In this document: piece by piece, positions 1-9,162 of the stretch
Position numbering within the stretch: the stretch's first letter is position 1
How the letters are laid out: each line of letters begins with the position of its first letter
IMG/VR virus record: IMGVR_UViG_3300025840_003418
Coordinates: 1 to 64,000 of that record
Strand: one strand, 5' to 3'
From: a virus
Length of the DNA stretch: 64,000 nt
Notes under the pieces: model-generated
Databases searched by the model: none
Seen by the model: the letters and a program-made list of their open reading frames with translations, nothing else
What the model was told of the DNA's origin: nothing
Position numbers and translations under genes: made by a program

Positions 1-1365
1 AGTCCACTAGCAGATGATCCTAGAAGTGAGCCACACAAACGTGAATGGGTAAAAAAGAACCTAGCATTCTTTCCTCCAGAAGAAGTTATTGTTACACACA
101 ACAAACCTAAATGGGCAACACAGAAAGACGGTACACCTAATATACTGATTGATGACTACGGTGTTAACATTAACAACTGGGAAGCAGCAGGCGGCATAGG
201 TTTCAAATATAAAGATCATAAATTTGAACGTACAGTAAAAGCAATTAAACAGGCAGTAGGTGAAAACCCGGCAAATAAGCCTACTACAACTACAGAGTTT
301 AATGAATCAGACGTGCCGTTGGGCAAGTATTTGTTCCATGTAACATATGCAAGCGGGTTAACAGGAATGTTAAGAGATGGTCACTTAGGTGAACCAGATG
401 AATATTTTAGTATGACAGCAGATCCAAAATATGTAGTGTCGGGCAATCCAGAAGTACAAATAGTCATCGATACTGCTCGTGTAAGCAAAATGGAAACATT
501 TGAAAAGCATGTAGAAGATTGGGAAAGTACTCCAGGAGCAGGTGATTGGGCTAAAGGCGACGACGGTGACTTTGAGAGCGAATACAGGGTAGAAGAAACG
601 ATACCTTGGAACTATGTAGTAGCAGTAAAAATCCTAAAGTCTAAAGCAACACCAGAAATAATAAAACTAGCAAAAAAACGTGGTGTGAAACTAGTTGGCA
701 AAGATAACAACGTAACTGAAAACGTTGCATATAATGAAAGTACAGACTTAAATAGTCTTAGAAAATTTGTTAGATCTCAACGAGAAGCACCTGATCAAGT
801 TCTTTATCAAATGATGATGGCTCCAGATACTTATGGACACTCAGCATCAAACTTTGTAAGAAGTTGGTATGAGAAAACAAAAGAAGAAAATGGTTTAAAT
901 GATGTAGATTCAGCGTTAGAAATAATGGTTGATCAACTTGGATTGAATGAAAACTTTAATGAAGGCATAACAACTATTGATCTAAAAAACGCATTAGAAA
1001 AAATATCTAAGAACGCAACAAACGGTGAGCGTTTAGTAGATGTCTTTATAATGCGTTATCAACATAACATGACATTCAAGCAAATTGGAGATGAAATTGG
1101 CACAAGTATCGATCGTGCTAGGCAAGTATACTTACGAGCTGAAAGAATGATACGTAAGTCACTACAGGATTATGATCCAAAAGTAAAAGAAAACTTTGCT
1201 GACGGTAAGAAAAAAGGCAAAAGCAGACCAGGACGTGTAAAACGCTCAGGTGCTAGTTGTAACGGAAGTGTTACATCCCTGCGTAAGAAGGCCAAAGCAG
1301 GTGGCGAAAAAGGGAGGATGTACCATTGGTGCGCAAACATGAAATCAGGACGGAAGAAGAAGTAG
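1..1365 (+). CDS. Multidomain putative virion-internal polyprotein, 5' truncated: HAD 5'(3')-deoxyribonucleotidase-like + ADP-ribosyltransferase-like + sigma70 region-4-like HTH + basic C-terminal module
   Basis: Frame 1 is open from base 1 (SPLADDPRSEPHKREWV...NILIDDYGVNINNWEAAGGIG, a HAD nucleotidase C-terminal motif) into the 313..1365 ORF. Further motifs: LFHVT/FSMTADP/ESEYRV and MRYQHNMTFKQIGDEIGTSIDRARQV. Confidence 0.6.
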   Translation, partial: SPLADDPRSEPHKREWVKKNLAFFPPEEVIVTHNKPKWATQKDGTPNILIDDYGVNINNWEAAGGIGFKYKDHKFERTVKAIKQAVGENPANKPTTTTEFNESDVPLGKYLFHVTYASGLTGMLRDGHLGEPDEYFSMTADPKYVVSGNPEVQIVIDTARVSKMETFEKHVEDWESTPGAGDWAKGDDGDFESEYRVEETIPWNYVVAVKILKSKATPEIIKLAKKRGVKLVGKDNNVTENVAYNESTDLNSLRKFVRSQREAPDQVLYQMMMAPDTYGHSASNFVRSWYEKTKEENGLNDVDSALEIMVDQLGLNENFNEGITTIDLKNALEKISKNATNGERLVDVFIMRYQHNMTFKQIGDEIGTSIDRARQVYLRAERMIRKSLQDYDPKVKENFADGKKKGKSRPGRVKRSGASCNGSVTSLRKKAKAGGEKGRMYHWCANMKSGRKKK

Positions 1366-1379
1366 CATTTTATTGTAAA

Positions 1380-1496
1380 ATGAGTAAATTTCACGAGGCA
1401 AATAGAACCTCTACTAACGAACGTAATGAGTTTTGGCGAAAACATTCGCAGCGTATACTTGATCCCGAAACAAGTTTTAATATGGGAAAATTTTAA
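1380..1496 (+). CDS. Small hypothetical protein (38 aa, MSKFHEANRTS...)
   Basis: Hand-translated ATG..TAA ORF that fills the gap and ends 1 nt before the next ATG. Confidence 0.45.
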   Translation: MSKFHEANRTSTNERNEFWRKHSQRILDPETSFNMGKF

Positions 1497-1497
1497 T

Positions 1498-1677
1498 ATG
1501 AAGATGAATGAAATTATAACTGAAAATACAGCATCCGCAGTCAGTGTTGTTGTACAACCAATAGGTATGAAACCAATTAAGCGCAATCCAGACGGTACTG
1601 TACCAAATGCATTAGACGGTGATAATGCTGTCCTAAGCGGCAACATGAAAAAACGCAAGACTAAGAAAAAGGCATAA
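1498..1677 (+). CDS. Small basic putative internal head protein
   Basis: The in-frame ATG at 1498 gives the N-terminus MKMNEIITE, resembling the T4 capsid-targeting leader. Lys-rich C-terminus. Confidence 0.55.
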   Translation: MKMNEIITENTASAVSVVVQPIGMKPIKRNPDGTVPNALDGDNAVLSGNMKKRKTKKKA

Positions 1678-1680
1678 ATA
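1675..1680 (+). promoter_or_regulatory. Late promoter motif TAAATA
   Basis: TAAATA lies 26 nt upstream of the ATG at 1707, which has a GGAG SD. It resembles the T4 late TATAAATA and recurs throughout the window. Confidence 0.6.
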
Positions 1681-1706
1681 CACTATAACGTATTACGGAG
1701 TAACTC

Positions 1707-2531
1707 ATGAGAGAACAAGAGATTAGCGAAGGCCTGGGAGAATTAGCAGATCGTGCAGAGCGTGATCACGAAGTGCAAATGGCCCGCAGTGAACTATATA
1801 AATTAGCAAAGTATGCTATTAAACTACACGACATCTTAAAAGGTGTTAGCGAAGCAGAAGGCCTAGAAGGTTGGGTACAATCTAAAATTACTAAATCAGC
1901 TGATATGATTAGTAGCGTATATCATCATATGGATTACGAAGAAGCAAGTGAACCAATGGAACCAGATGCACTTAATCCTGTAAAAGAAGCAAAAGATACA
2001 CATTGTTCAGACAAGTGTTGCGGTGCTGACGTAAAAGCAGAAGATTGTACTTGTAAACCAAGTTGTCCTCACTGTAACTGCAATGCAGTAAACGAAACAT
2101 TATCACCTGAAGATAAAAAGCTTGTAGACAAAATGTATAACAAAGACGGTACACTAACTGCTATTGGTAAAAAAGTAATGGACCATGGCAAGAAAGATAA
2201 AAAGCCGGCAGTTAAAGAAGCCAAAAAGAAAATGGTAAAAGATCCTAAAACAGGAAAAATGGTACCAGACTATGCAGCAGATGGCAAAGGCAAAAACGAT
2301 CTAAAAAAAGAATCACTCCAAAACAAACTAGCAGCCAAACTTTCTGAAGCAACACAAACTTGCAACGAATGTGGCAAAACTATGTTAACTGCTACCGAGA
2401 AAAAAGAACTAGCAAATCTGCCAGAAGGTAAGCGTCACGGCAACAGCAAAATCTACAAGAAGTGCTGGAAAGGCTGTCGTAAAGTAGCAGGCGTACCACG
2501 CGGTGAGCCGGGCTCATGCAAGTGTGATTAA
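1707..2531 (+). CDS. Modular putative head-associated protein with Cys-rich segments
   Basis: Helical N-domain, an 8-Cys module, Lys-rich linkers and a Cys-rich C-terminus. Modules are separated by ISE/VSE/VKE/VNE/LSE. Confidence 0.6.
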   Translation: MREQEISEGLGELADRAERDHEVQMARSELYKLAKYAIKLHDILKGVSEAEGLEGWVQSKITKSADMISSVYHHMDYEEASEPMEPDALNPVKEAKDTHCSDKCCGADVKAEDCTCKPSCPHCNCNAVNETLSPEDKKLVDKMYNKDGTLTAIGKKVMDHGKKDKKPAVKEAKKKMVKDPKTGKMVPDYAADGKGKNDLKKESLQNKLAAKLSEATQTCNECGKTMLTATEKKELANLPEGKRHGNSKIYKKCWKGCRKVAGVPRGEPGSCKCD

Positions 2532-2540
2532 GGAAAAGTT

Positions 2541-3335
2541 ATGGACTGGCATAAACTACAACACACTCTTTTTGAAATTGAACCAACAGATAGAAATGCT
2601 GATTTAGCAAAGTTGACAGGTGCAGCTAATAGCTCCGTAGAAGCAGCGCCTACAAAAGATTATGTAAAAGAAAGTGTTGAAGTTGCGCCAGGTAGCATGC
2701 CATTGGGTATCGATAGTGTGGCTGACTTTGCTGCACTAGCAGGTGTACGTATAGATGAAACTAGAGCAGGTAAGCCAGGTGAGCAATCAAGACATGGTGG
2801 AAAAATGCCTAAAGCAAAACCTGGACGTACTAATCATCCAGATACGGGTAAACTTGTAGGTGAAGAAGATAATGATTCTATCCTACAAAAAGGATATAAA
2901 TTAGCAACTAAAGGTGCATTAGCTCCAGATTCATTTGAGAAAAAAGTTAAAGATGTTGTCGGTGGATCTGGTAAACCTAACAAGGCAGCACCTACAACTA
3001 AGGCAGATCCTGCTTTAGCAAAAAAGAAAGCAGTTAGTTGGAAAGTGTTCTTACAACAGCACACTAAACAACTACAACAAATAGCAGGTGATCCTGCAAA
3101 GAAACAAGCATTTGATCAATTTATGGCTAAAATAGGTGAAGCACAAGAAACACCAAAACCAAGAGATCCAAGTTCAAAAGATCTTGACGCACTAAGACGT
3201 AGTGGAGCAGGGGGCGCTCACAAACAGAAGAAAAAAGTTCTACCACGTAAAGAAAAACATAAGGGCAAAGCGTATGAAAGCAGCATTAAAGAAATGTTAC
3301 TACGCAAGTTAAACGAAAAGAATGAACGAACTTAA
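2541..3335 (+). CDS. Basic modular putative head-associated protein
   Basis: 264 aa ORF with an AGGA SD. Low-complexity basic segments are separated by VKE/IDE/VGE/IGE. Confidence 0.6.
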   Translation: MDWHKLQHTLFEIEPTDRNADLAKLTGAANSSVEAAPTKDYVKESVEVAPGSMPLGIDSVADFAALAGVRIDETRAGKPGEQSRHGGKMPKAKPGRTNHPDTGKLVGEEDNDSILQKGYKLATKGALAPDSFEKKVKDVVGGSGKPNKAAPTTKADPALAKKKAVSWKVFLQQHTKQLQQIAGDPAKKQAFDQFMAKIGEAQETPKPRDPSSKDLDALRRSGAGGAHKQKKKVLPRKEKHKGKAYESSIKEMLLRKLNEKNERT

Positions 3336-3813
3336 TGCAAATATTAAAGACTGGATCTTAAATCATTTAAGTAAACCCAATCCAGTCTTTAATAATCTTC
3401 CTCCTTGTCCATATGCTAAAAAATCTTGGATAGAAGGAAATGTATTGGTTAAAGAAATAAAAGATCCCGTAGCATATAATCTTAAGACAGAATTAAGTAA
3501 TTATGCATATCAGTGGCCCGGTAAAGAAGTCATAATTTTTGCATTTGACCCTACCAAAATATCTGCATACGAACTTACAGAATTAGTAGAAAGTGTACAG
3601 CGAAAAGTTCTAAATAACTGGGGTCTTGTTGCGCTTGAAGATCATCCAGACGAAGTTGAAGAAATTGACACTGTCGTTTTAAACAATGGCGAGCACGGAC
3701 TTGTTCTACTACAAGAGCGTTCTAAACTAGAAGAAGCACGTAAGCATCTTGACTCATTAGGATACTACAAGTACTGGCCTGAAGATTATAAAAAAGATGT
3801 GCAAAGTAGATGA
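3322..3813 (+). CDS. Hypothetical protein (DUF1415-like)
   Basis: W..NHLSKPNPVFNNLPPCPYAK and EDHP motifs. Confidence 0.55.
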   Translation: MNELNANIKDWILNHLSKPNPVFNNLPPCPYAKKSWIEGNVLVKEIKDPVAYNLKTELSNYAYQWPGKEVIIFAFDPTKISAYELTELVESVQRKVLNNWGLVALEDHPDEVEEIDTVVLNNGEHGLVLLQERSKLEEARKHLDSLGYYKYWPEDYKKDVQSR

Positions 3814-4244
3814 CTACTCGACTTAATTTACAAAAGACAAAATATAAAACTATAGACTTTAAACTACTCGACGATTCTCACTTTACTGAATGTGAAAATA
3901 TATATAAAGAGTATATAGAGTATAAAAAATTTGATAGCATTTATCCTATATACAGAGAGGACTGGACTCGAGGAACAGTGTTTGGATATTACGACAACGA
4001 TGAACTAGCAGCATGGAGTTGTTATTATGTGTATCCAAGTAAAAAGATTGCTCATGCTGATCAATTTGCGTGGAATTATAAAAATCCTAAACTTAAATTA
4101 GGTTACAAAAGTTTACGTAGTGAATGTGCATACTTTAGAGAGCAAGGATTTAATTATCTTATACTAGGTGATATGTATAGTTACAAACAAGAGCTTAAAG
4201 GATTTGAAATAATTACATACAATTCACCAGGCGTATTTGAGTAA
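3810..4244 (+). CDS. GNAT-fold protein resembling the C-terminal domain of aminoacyl-tRNA-protein transferases (ATE1/Bpt)
   Basis: WNYKNPKLKLGYKSLRSECAYFREQGFNYLILG...YK follows the ATE_C pattern. Confidence 0.5.
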   Translation: MTTRLNLQKTKYKTIDFKLLDDSHFTECENIYKEYIEYKKFDSIYPIYREDWTRGTVFGYYDNDELAAWSCYYVYPSKKIAHADQFAWNYKNPKLKLGYKSLRSECAYFREQGFNYLILGDMYSYKQELKGFEIITYNSPGVFE

Positions 4245-4282
4245 TGTTAGCGCTCTAACTTATACTATCAGTTAAATACGTT

Positions 4283-4480
4283 ATGTTAAGAAATGACCTT
4301 AAAGAGGAATATAGATTATTTTATATGGTCAAAGGCCATCTTAACGCATCTCCCGAAACAGTAATAGATTGTGCCGACGGGTATTTTAAACGACTCTGGT
4401 CGGATGGTGCAGACGGAGCGCCCCTTTATGCATACTCGGAAGATTTTGAAGTACTTTGGGCAAAGATAAATAACTCATAG
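4283..4480 (+). CDS. Hypothetical protein
   Basis: 65 aa ORF with TAAATA (4273-4278) 4 nt upstream of the ATG. Confidence 0.6.
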   Translation: MLRNDLKEEYRLFYMVKGHLNASPETVIDCADGYFKRLWSDGADGAPLYAYSEDFEVLWAKINNS

Positions 4481-4497
4481 CCAATAAGGGGGATCCA

Positions 4498-4716
4498 ATG
4501 GTTGCTAAACAATTTGAAAACTTAACTGAAGACGATTTGCGGTATATAGAACAATTACTAGGTAGTGAACTACGCAAAGAAATGGATGCAGATAAAACAT
4601 GGGATTCAAAGCATCACTATCATCGCCCTTACGAAAAAACAAAGCGTATACTAAATTGTATGAACGCTGTAAAAGCCCAAAGAGATCTTACAAAAAAACT
4701 TTCCGTCAAGTGGTAA
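4498..4716 (+). CDS. Hypothetical protein
   Basis: 72 aa ORF preceded by an AAGGGGG SD-like sequence. Confidence 0.6.
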   Translation: MVAKQFENLTEDDLRYIEQLLGSELRKEMDADKTWDSKHHYHRPYEKTKRILNCMNAVKAQRDLTKKLSVKW

Positions 4717-4722
4717 TAACAC

Positions 4723-4751
4723 TTGACTTTTATCCTTAATGCATATATAAT
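4723..4751 (+). promoter_or_regulatory. sigma70-type early promoter
   Basis: TTGACT-N17-TATAAT in an intergenic gap. Confidence 0.8.
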
Positions 4752-4772
4752 AATCATATAAGGAGTATTTAT

Positions 4773-5033
4773 ATGAGTGATCGTACCTACGGGCAAGAAG
4801 AAAAAGCAAAACTAGAACGTCTAGTCAAAGAAGGCGTAACTGTTTTACAAGAAATTGAAGATCTAAACGCAGGACTTAAAGATACTGTAAAGGCAGTAGC
4901 AGAAGAATTGAACGTAAAGCCTTCTCTTATTAATAAAGCAATTAAAGTTGCAATGAAACGTGACTGGGACAAGCATCAAGACGAGTTTGAAGACTTGGAA
5001 ACTATTGTTGCTACAGTTGGCGTCGACAAGTGA
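4773..5033 (+). CDS. Small dsDNA-binding protein (T4 DsbA/GapR-like)
   Basis: Helical 86 aa protein (LQEIEDLNAGLKDTVKAVAEELNVKPSLINKAIK) with an AAGGAG SD, upstream of the polymerase. Confidence 0.55.
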   Translation: MSDRTYGQEEKAKLERLVKEGVTVLQEIEDLNAGLKDTVKAVAEELNVKPSLINKAIKVAMKRDWDKHQDEFEDLETIVATVGVDK

Positions 5034-5311
5034 TAAAGTCTGTCATAGACTTTTGTAAAGAAAGTTACAGGCTTTCTCCTCTAGCATTTTATTGCGAAAT
5101 GGTAGAAACAACAGTTTTGATTGCAGCAAGTGCTATACTTACATTTACAGTGCTTGATCCTGCAACAGAACTTTTTATTCCATTATACTTAATTGGTAGT
5201 ATACTTGGTGTAGTTAGTACAGTTATTAGAAAAGCAGCATTTGCAATTGTGCTATGTAGTTGGTTTGTTGTAATGAACTCAATTGCTATGGTGCAGTTAT
5301 TCATACTGTAA
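5030..5311 (+). CDS. Small membrane protein
   Basis: Three hydrophobic stretches and a GTGA overlap with the upstream stop. Confidence 0.65.
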   Translation: MIKSVIDFCKESYRLSPLAFYCEMVETTVLIAASAILTFTVLDPATELFIPLYLIGSILGVVSTVIRKAAFAIVLCSWFVVMNSIAMVQLFIL

Positions 5312-5380
5312 TATATATTATAGAGTCGTCCACTCACGGACAGGTAGAAGGTTAGTTGGCCACAAGCAACAGGAGAATGA

Positions 5381-8050
5381 ATGAGTTATGTAGACGCATT
5401 GTTTGATCGTGATCAAGATATGATCCGTGTAGTTGAACGCAAAGACGGTAAAAGAGAATACCGCGAATATCAAGCAAAATATACATTTTATTATAAAGAC
5501 CCAAGAGGCAAGTACAAGAGTGTGTACGGAGATCCTCTTAGTAGAGTTGTATGCAAGAATACAAAAGACTTTCGTAAAGAAGTAGCAATAAACAAAGGCA
5601 AGGAACTTTTTGAGAGTGATATTAATCCAATATTTCAGTCATTATCTGAAAACTACCTCAATCAAGATGCGCCTAAACTTAATATTGCGTTCTTCGATAT
5701 TGAGACTGACTTTGATCCAGAGCGTGGGTTTGCTGATCCTGCTGATCCATTTATGCCTATTACTTCTATATCTGTATACTTACAGTGGTTAGAAACAATG
5801 GTGTGTTTAGCAGTGCCGCCAAAAACACTTACAATGGATCAAGCAAAAGCAGAACTTGAAGGTATTGAAAATGTAATGCTGTTTGAACGTGAAGGCGATA
5901 TGATCGACACTTTCTTAACGCTAATCGAAGACGCTGATATTTTAAGCGGTTGGAACTCAGAAGGTTATGATATTCCGTATACTGTAAACAGAACTATGCG
6001 TGTACTAAGCAAAGATGACACTAGACGTTTTTGCTTGTGGGGACAACTGCCTAAGAAGCGTGAATATGAAAAATACGGGAAGCAAGCAGTTACATTTGAC
6101 TTAGTAGGTCGTGTACACTTAGACAGTTTAGAACTGTATCGCAAGTACACATACGAAGAACGTCACTCATATCGATTGGATGCAATTGGCGAGATCGAAG
6201 TAGGTGAAAACAAAGTGCCATATGAAGGCACACTTGATCAACTATATAACAATGACTTCCGTAAGTTTATTGAATATAACATTCAGGATACTGCACTACT
6301 TGACAAATTAGATAAGAAACTACGTTTTATTGATCTGTCAAACGAACTAGCACATGCAAACACTGTTTTGCTAGCCACTACAATGGGCGCTGTTGCTGTT
6401 ACAGAACAAGCTATTGTTAATGAAGCACATCACAGAGGATTACAGGTTCCTAATCGTCCAAAGCGTGATGACGAAAACACACAAGCAGCAGGTGCATATG
6501 TTGCATTTCCAAAGAAGGGATTGCACAAGTGGATTGGTTCGATGGATTTGAACTCACTGTATCCGAGTGTGATTCGTGCATTGAATATGGCACCTGAAAC
6601 AGTTGTAGGACAAATACGTCCTGAAATATCAGATGCTCGTGTAACAGAAGACATGGGTCTAAAGAAAAAATCTTTTGCAGGCAGTTGGGAAGGGCGTTTT
6701 AGCACAGAAGAATACGAAGCAGTTATGGAGCAACGCAAGGACATTGCACTTACTATTGACTGGGAAAACGGTGGTAGTGACGTACTAAGCGGTGCTGAAA
6801 TACACAAATTAATCTTTGATAGTAATCAACCTTGGATGCTTAGTTCAAACGGTACTATATTTACAACAGAGTTCGAAGGCGTTATTCCGGGTATCTTAAA
6901 ACGCTGGTATAGCGAACGTAAAGACTTGCAGAAAATGCTGAAGAAAGCAAAAGACGCAGGTAACACAGCAGAGATTGAATACTGGGACAAACGTCAGTTG
7001 GTTAAGAAGATTAACTTGAACAGTTTGTATGGTGCTATTCTCAACCCTGGGTGCCGTTTTTTCGATAAACGTATTGGGCAGTCTACTACACTAACAGGAC
7101 GTACTATTGTTAAACATATGTCAGCAGAAGTAAACAAGGTCATTACAGGCACGTATGATCATGTTGGTGAAGCAATGATATACGGCGACACTGACTCTTG
7201 TTATTTTAGTGGATATCCTACGCTTAAAAGTGAAATTGATGCAGGTAACTTGCCGTGGGACAAAGACAATGTAATCAAACTGTATGATCAGGTATGCGAA
7301 GCAGCAAATGCAACGTTTCCAGACTTTATGATGCAAGCATTTCATTGCCCTAAAAGCCGTTCAGATGTTATTGCAGCAGCAAGAGAAATTGTAGCAGAAT
7401 CCGGCTTATATATTACTAAGAAGCGTTACGCTGCACTTGTGTATGACATAGAAGGCTTTAGAAGTGATACAGACGGAAAGCCGGGCAAAGTAAAAGCAAT
7501 GGGCTTGGACTTGCGCCGTTCGGATACTCCGGTTTTTATGCAGCAGTTTTTAAGTGAGCTATTGCTTATGGTGCTTACTGATGTACCACAAAAAGAAATA
7601 CTTGATAGTATTACAGAATTCCGTAAAGAATTTAGTAATCGCCCAGGTTGGGAAAAAGGTTCTCCCAAACGTGCAAATAAAGTAGGTCATTATCAACGTC
7701 TTGAAGAAAAGCAAGGCAGAGCAAATATGCCAGGACACGTTCGAGCTTCAATAAACTGGAATACACTCAAGCGTATGAACGGCGATAAATATTCGCAAGA
7801 GATAGTAGATGGTATGAAAGTTATTGTTTGTAAATTAAAACCAAATCCGTTAGGCTATACTAGCGTTGCGTATCCAACAGATGAACTACGCTTGCCAGAT
7901 TGGTTTAAGGAATTGCCATTTGATGATGATGCAATGGCAGAAACTATTATTGACAACAAATTAGATAACTTAATTGGTGTGCTTAACTATCCATTAGAAG
8001 ATACTAAACAGCATACTACGTTCGGCAGTTTGTTTGAATTTGGAGATTAA
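5381..8050 (+). CDS. Family B DNA polymerase (T4 gp43-like)
   Basis: Exo I DIETD, Exo II GWNSEGYDIPY, Exo III YNIQD, motif A DLNSLYPS, motif B KINLNSLYG, motif C YGDTDS, and KKRY. Confidence 0.97.
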   Translation: MSYVDALFDRDQDMIRVVERKDGKREYREYQAKYTFYYKDPRGKYKSVYGDPLSRVVCKNTKDFRKEVAINKGKELFESDINPIFQSLSENYLNQDAPKLNIAFFDIETDFDPERGFADPADPFMPITSISVYLQWLETMVCLAVPPKTLTMDQAKAELEGIENVMLFEREGDMIDTFLTLIEDADILSGWNSEGYDIPYTVNRTMRVLSKDDTRRFCLWGQLPKKREYEKYGKQAVTFDLVGRVHLDSLELYRKYTYEERHSYRLDAIGEIEVGENKVPYEGTLDQLYNNDFRKFIEYNIQDTALLDKLDKKLRFIDLSNELAHANTVLLATTMGAVAVTEQAIVNEAHHRGLQVPNRPKRDDENTQAAGAYVAFPKKGLHKWIGSMDLNSLYPSVIRALNMAPETVVGQIRPEISDARVTEDMGLKKKSFAGSWEGRFSTEEYEAVMEQRKDIALTIDWENGGSDVLSGAEIHKLIFDSNQPWMLSSNGTIFTTEFEGVIPGILKRWYSERKDLQKMLKKAKDAGNTAEIEYWDKRQLVKKINLNSLYGAILNPGCRFFDKRIGQSTTLTGRTIVKHMSAEVNKVITGTYDHVGEAMIYGDTDSCYFSGYPTLKSEIDAGNLPWDKDNVIKLYDQVCEAANATFPDFMMQAFHCPKSRSDVIAAAREIVAESGLYITKKRYAALVYDIEGFRSDTDGKPGKVKAMGLDLRRSDTPVFMQQFLSELLLMVLTDVPQKEILDSITEFRKEFSNRPGWEKGSPKRANKVGHYQRLEEKQGRANMPGHVRASINWNTLKRMNGDKYSQEIVDGMKVIVCKLKPNPLGYTSVAYPTDELRLPDWFKELPFDDDAMAETIIDNKLDNLIGVLNYPLEDTKQHTTFGSLFEFGD

Positions 8051-8239
8051 ATGAATTATAGGCGTATTATAAAAACTTGCACTTGGCAACTAACTGGGCT
8101 TATTTGGTTTATGTCTTATGCATTACTAACCGGAGGTGATCTTATGTATACATTGGGTTTATCTCTTGCAAGTATTCCAGCAGGCAGTGTTATGTTTTAC
8201 TGTCATGAATGGCTTTGGGAGAGAGAAAATGGATTGTAG
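8051..8239 (+). CDS. Small membrane protein (DUF2061-like)
   Basis: IIKTCTWQ...two TM segments...FYCHEWLW. Confidence 0.55.
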   Translation: MNYRRIIKTCTWQLTGLIWFMSYALLTGGDLMYTLGLSLASIPAGSVMFYCHEWLWERENGL

Positions 8240-8720
8240 CGTAAAAGATGGTGTAGCATTTATGTGGATACCAGGTAACGCAGATGATTGGCTAAAGGAT
8301 AATATTTCTGAAACTGGAGATATTGTCCGTAAAGATTACAGTCAGTATGTTGTTATATTAAGAGATCCTCTAACTCGTTGGATTGATAATGTAGTAAAAT
8401 ATACAAGCGGTGATGTCGATCTTGAACAGCAAGTTTTAGATGATTATGCTAATACACTAATGTATGACGATAATACTAGTTTACAAAATACGTGGATAGC
8501 AAATTTACTTCGCAAAACAAAAGCTAATATAGAATTTTACTATTATGATAACTTAGAGTCTTTAAACAAAAAATATAATATTGCAGAAAGTCTACCCTTA
8601 TCATCGTATAGTATTAGTACACTTGGAAATGACCTTGAAAATTTATCTACATTACCGAGAATAATAAAATCAACATATAGCGAAGATTATAGATTAATTA
8701 AAGATAAACTTGGGTTTTAA
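8229..8720 (+). CDS. Degenerate sulfotransferase-fold protein
   Basis: YVVILRDPLTRW resembles the 3'-phosphate-binding motif, and the C-terminus has YSEDY. No 5'-PSB motif is evident. Start moved to ATG 8229. Confidence 0.4.
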   Translation: MDCSVKDGVAFMWIPGNADDWLKDNISETGDIVRKDYSQYVVILRDPLTRWIDNVVKYTSGDVDLEQQVLDDYANTLMYDDNTSLQNTWIANLLRKTKANIEFYYYDNLESLNKKYNIAESLPLSSYSISTLGNDLENLSTLPRIIKSTYSEDYRLIKDKLGF

Positions 8721-8995
8721 TGAAACGGTATTTTAAAAGAATATTCGTAGCATGGAGTATTTTTTGGAATACAGTGTTTGGTGGCAGAAATAATCAAACT
8801 ATAAGTGCAAGGATGTGGCAAAGAAAACGTGATCGTAAATGGCATATTGTTCCTATTATAGATAGATTATTTTGGTGGCAAAAAGGTCATTGTCAAGACA
8901 GTTGGGTTAAATGGACAATTATTAATCACGCAATTCGTAGATACGATAATCATATGGGTTTTGGTAAAAGGAATAAATTTCATTGGTACGAATAA
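8720..8995 (+). CDS. Hypothetical protein
   Basis: 91 aa with NTVFGGRNNQTISAR, coupled to the upstream stop by TAATG. Confidence 0.65.
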   Translation: MKRYFKRIFVAWSIFWNTVFGGRNNQTISARMWQRKRDRKWHIVPIIDRLFWWQKGHCQDSWVKWTIINHAIRRYDNHMGFGKRNKFHWYE

Positions 8996-9162
8996 AAGAT
9001 TGGCTTACATCTACAAAAATATTTTGGCGGCTATGGTTTTGGTGGGGTATTAGACAAGCCCGCAAACATAGAATAGAAAATGAAAAGCGTTTAGCAGCAA
9101 TGCCTAAACTATCACTAGAAGAGTATTGGGAAAAAATAGCAGAAGAAAGTAAAAAACAATGA
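8983..9162 (+). CDS. Small Trp-rich hypothetical protein (59 aa), absent from the ORF track
   Basis: TTG start after an AGGAA SD. Its stop overlaps the ATG of the next gene (ATGA). Confidence 0.5.
   Translation: MVRIKDWLTSTKIFWRLWFWWGIRQARKHRIENEKRLAAMPKLSLEEYWEKIAEESKKQ

Noticed and set aside
5381-8050. Intein, intron or split in the DNA polymerase
   Set aside because: The ORF is a continuous 889 aa with all motifs in order. No intein-sized insertion or splice-junction motif was seen.
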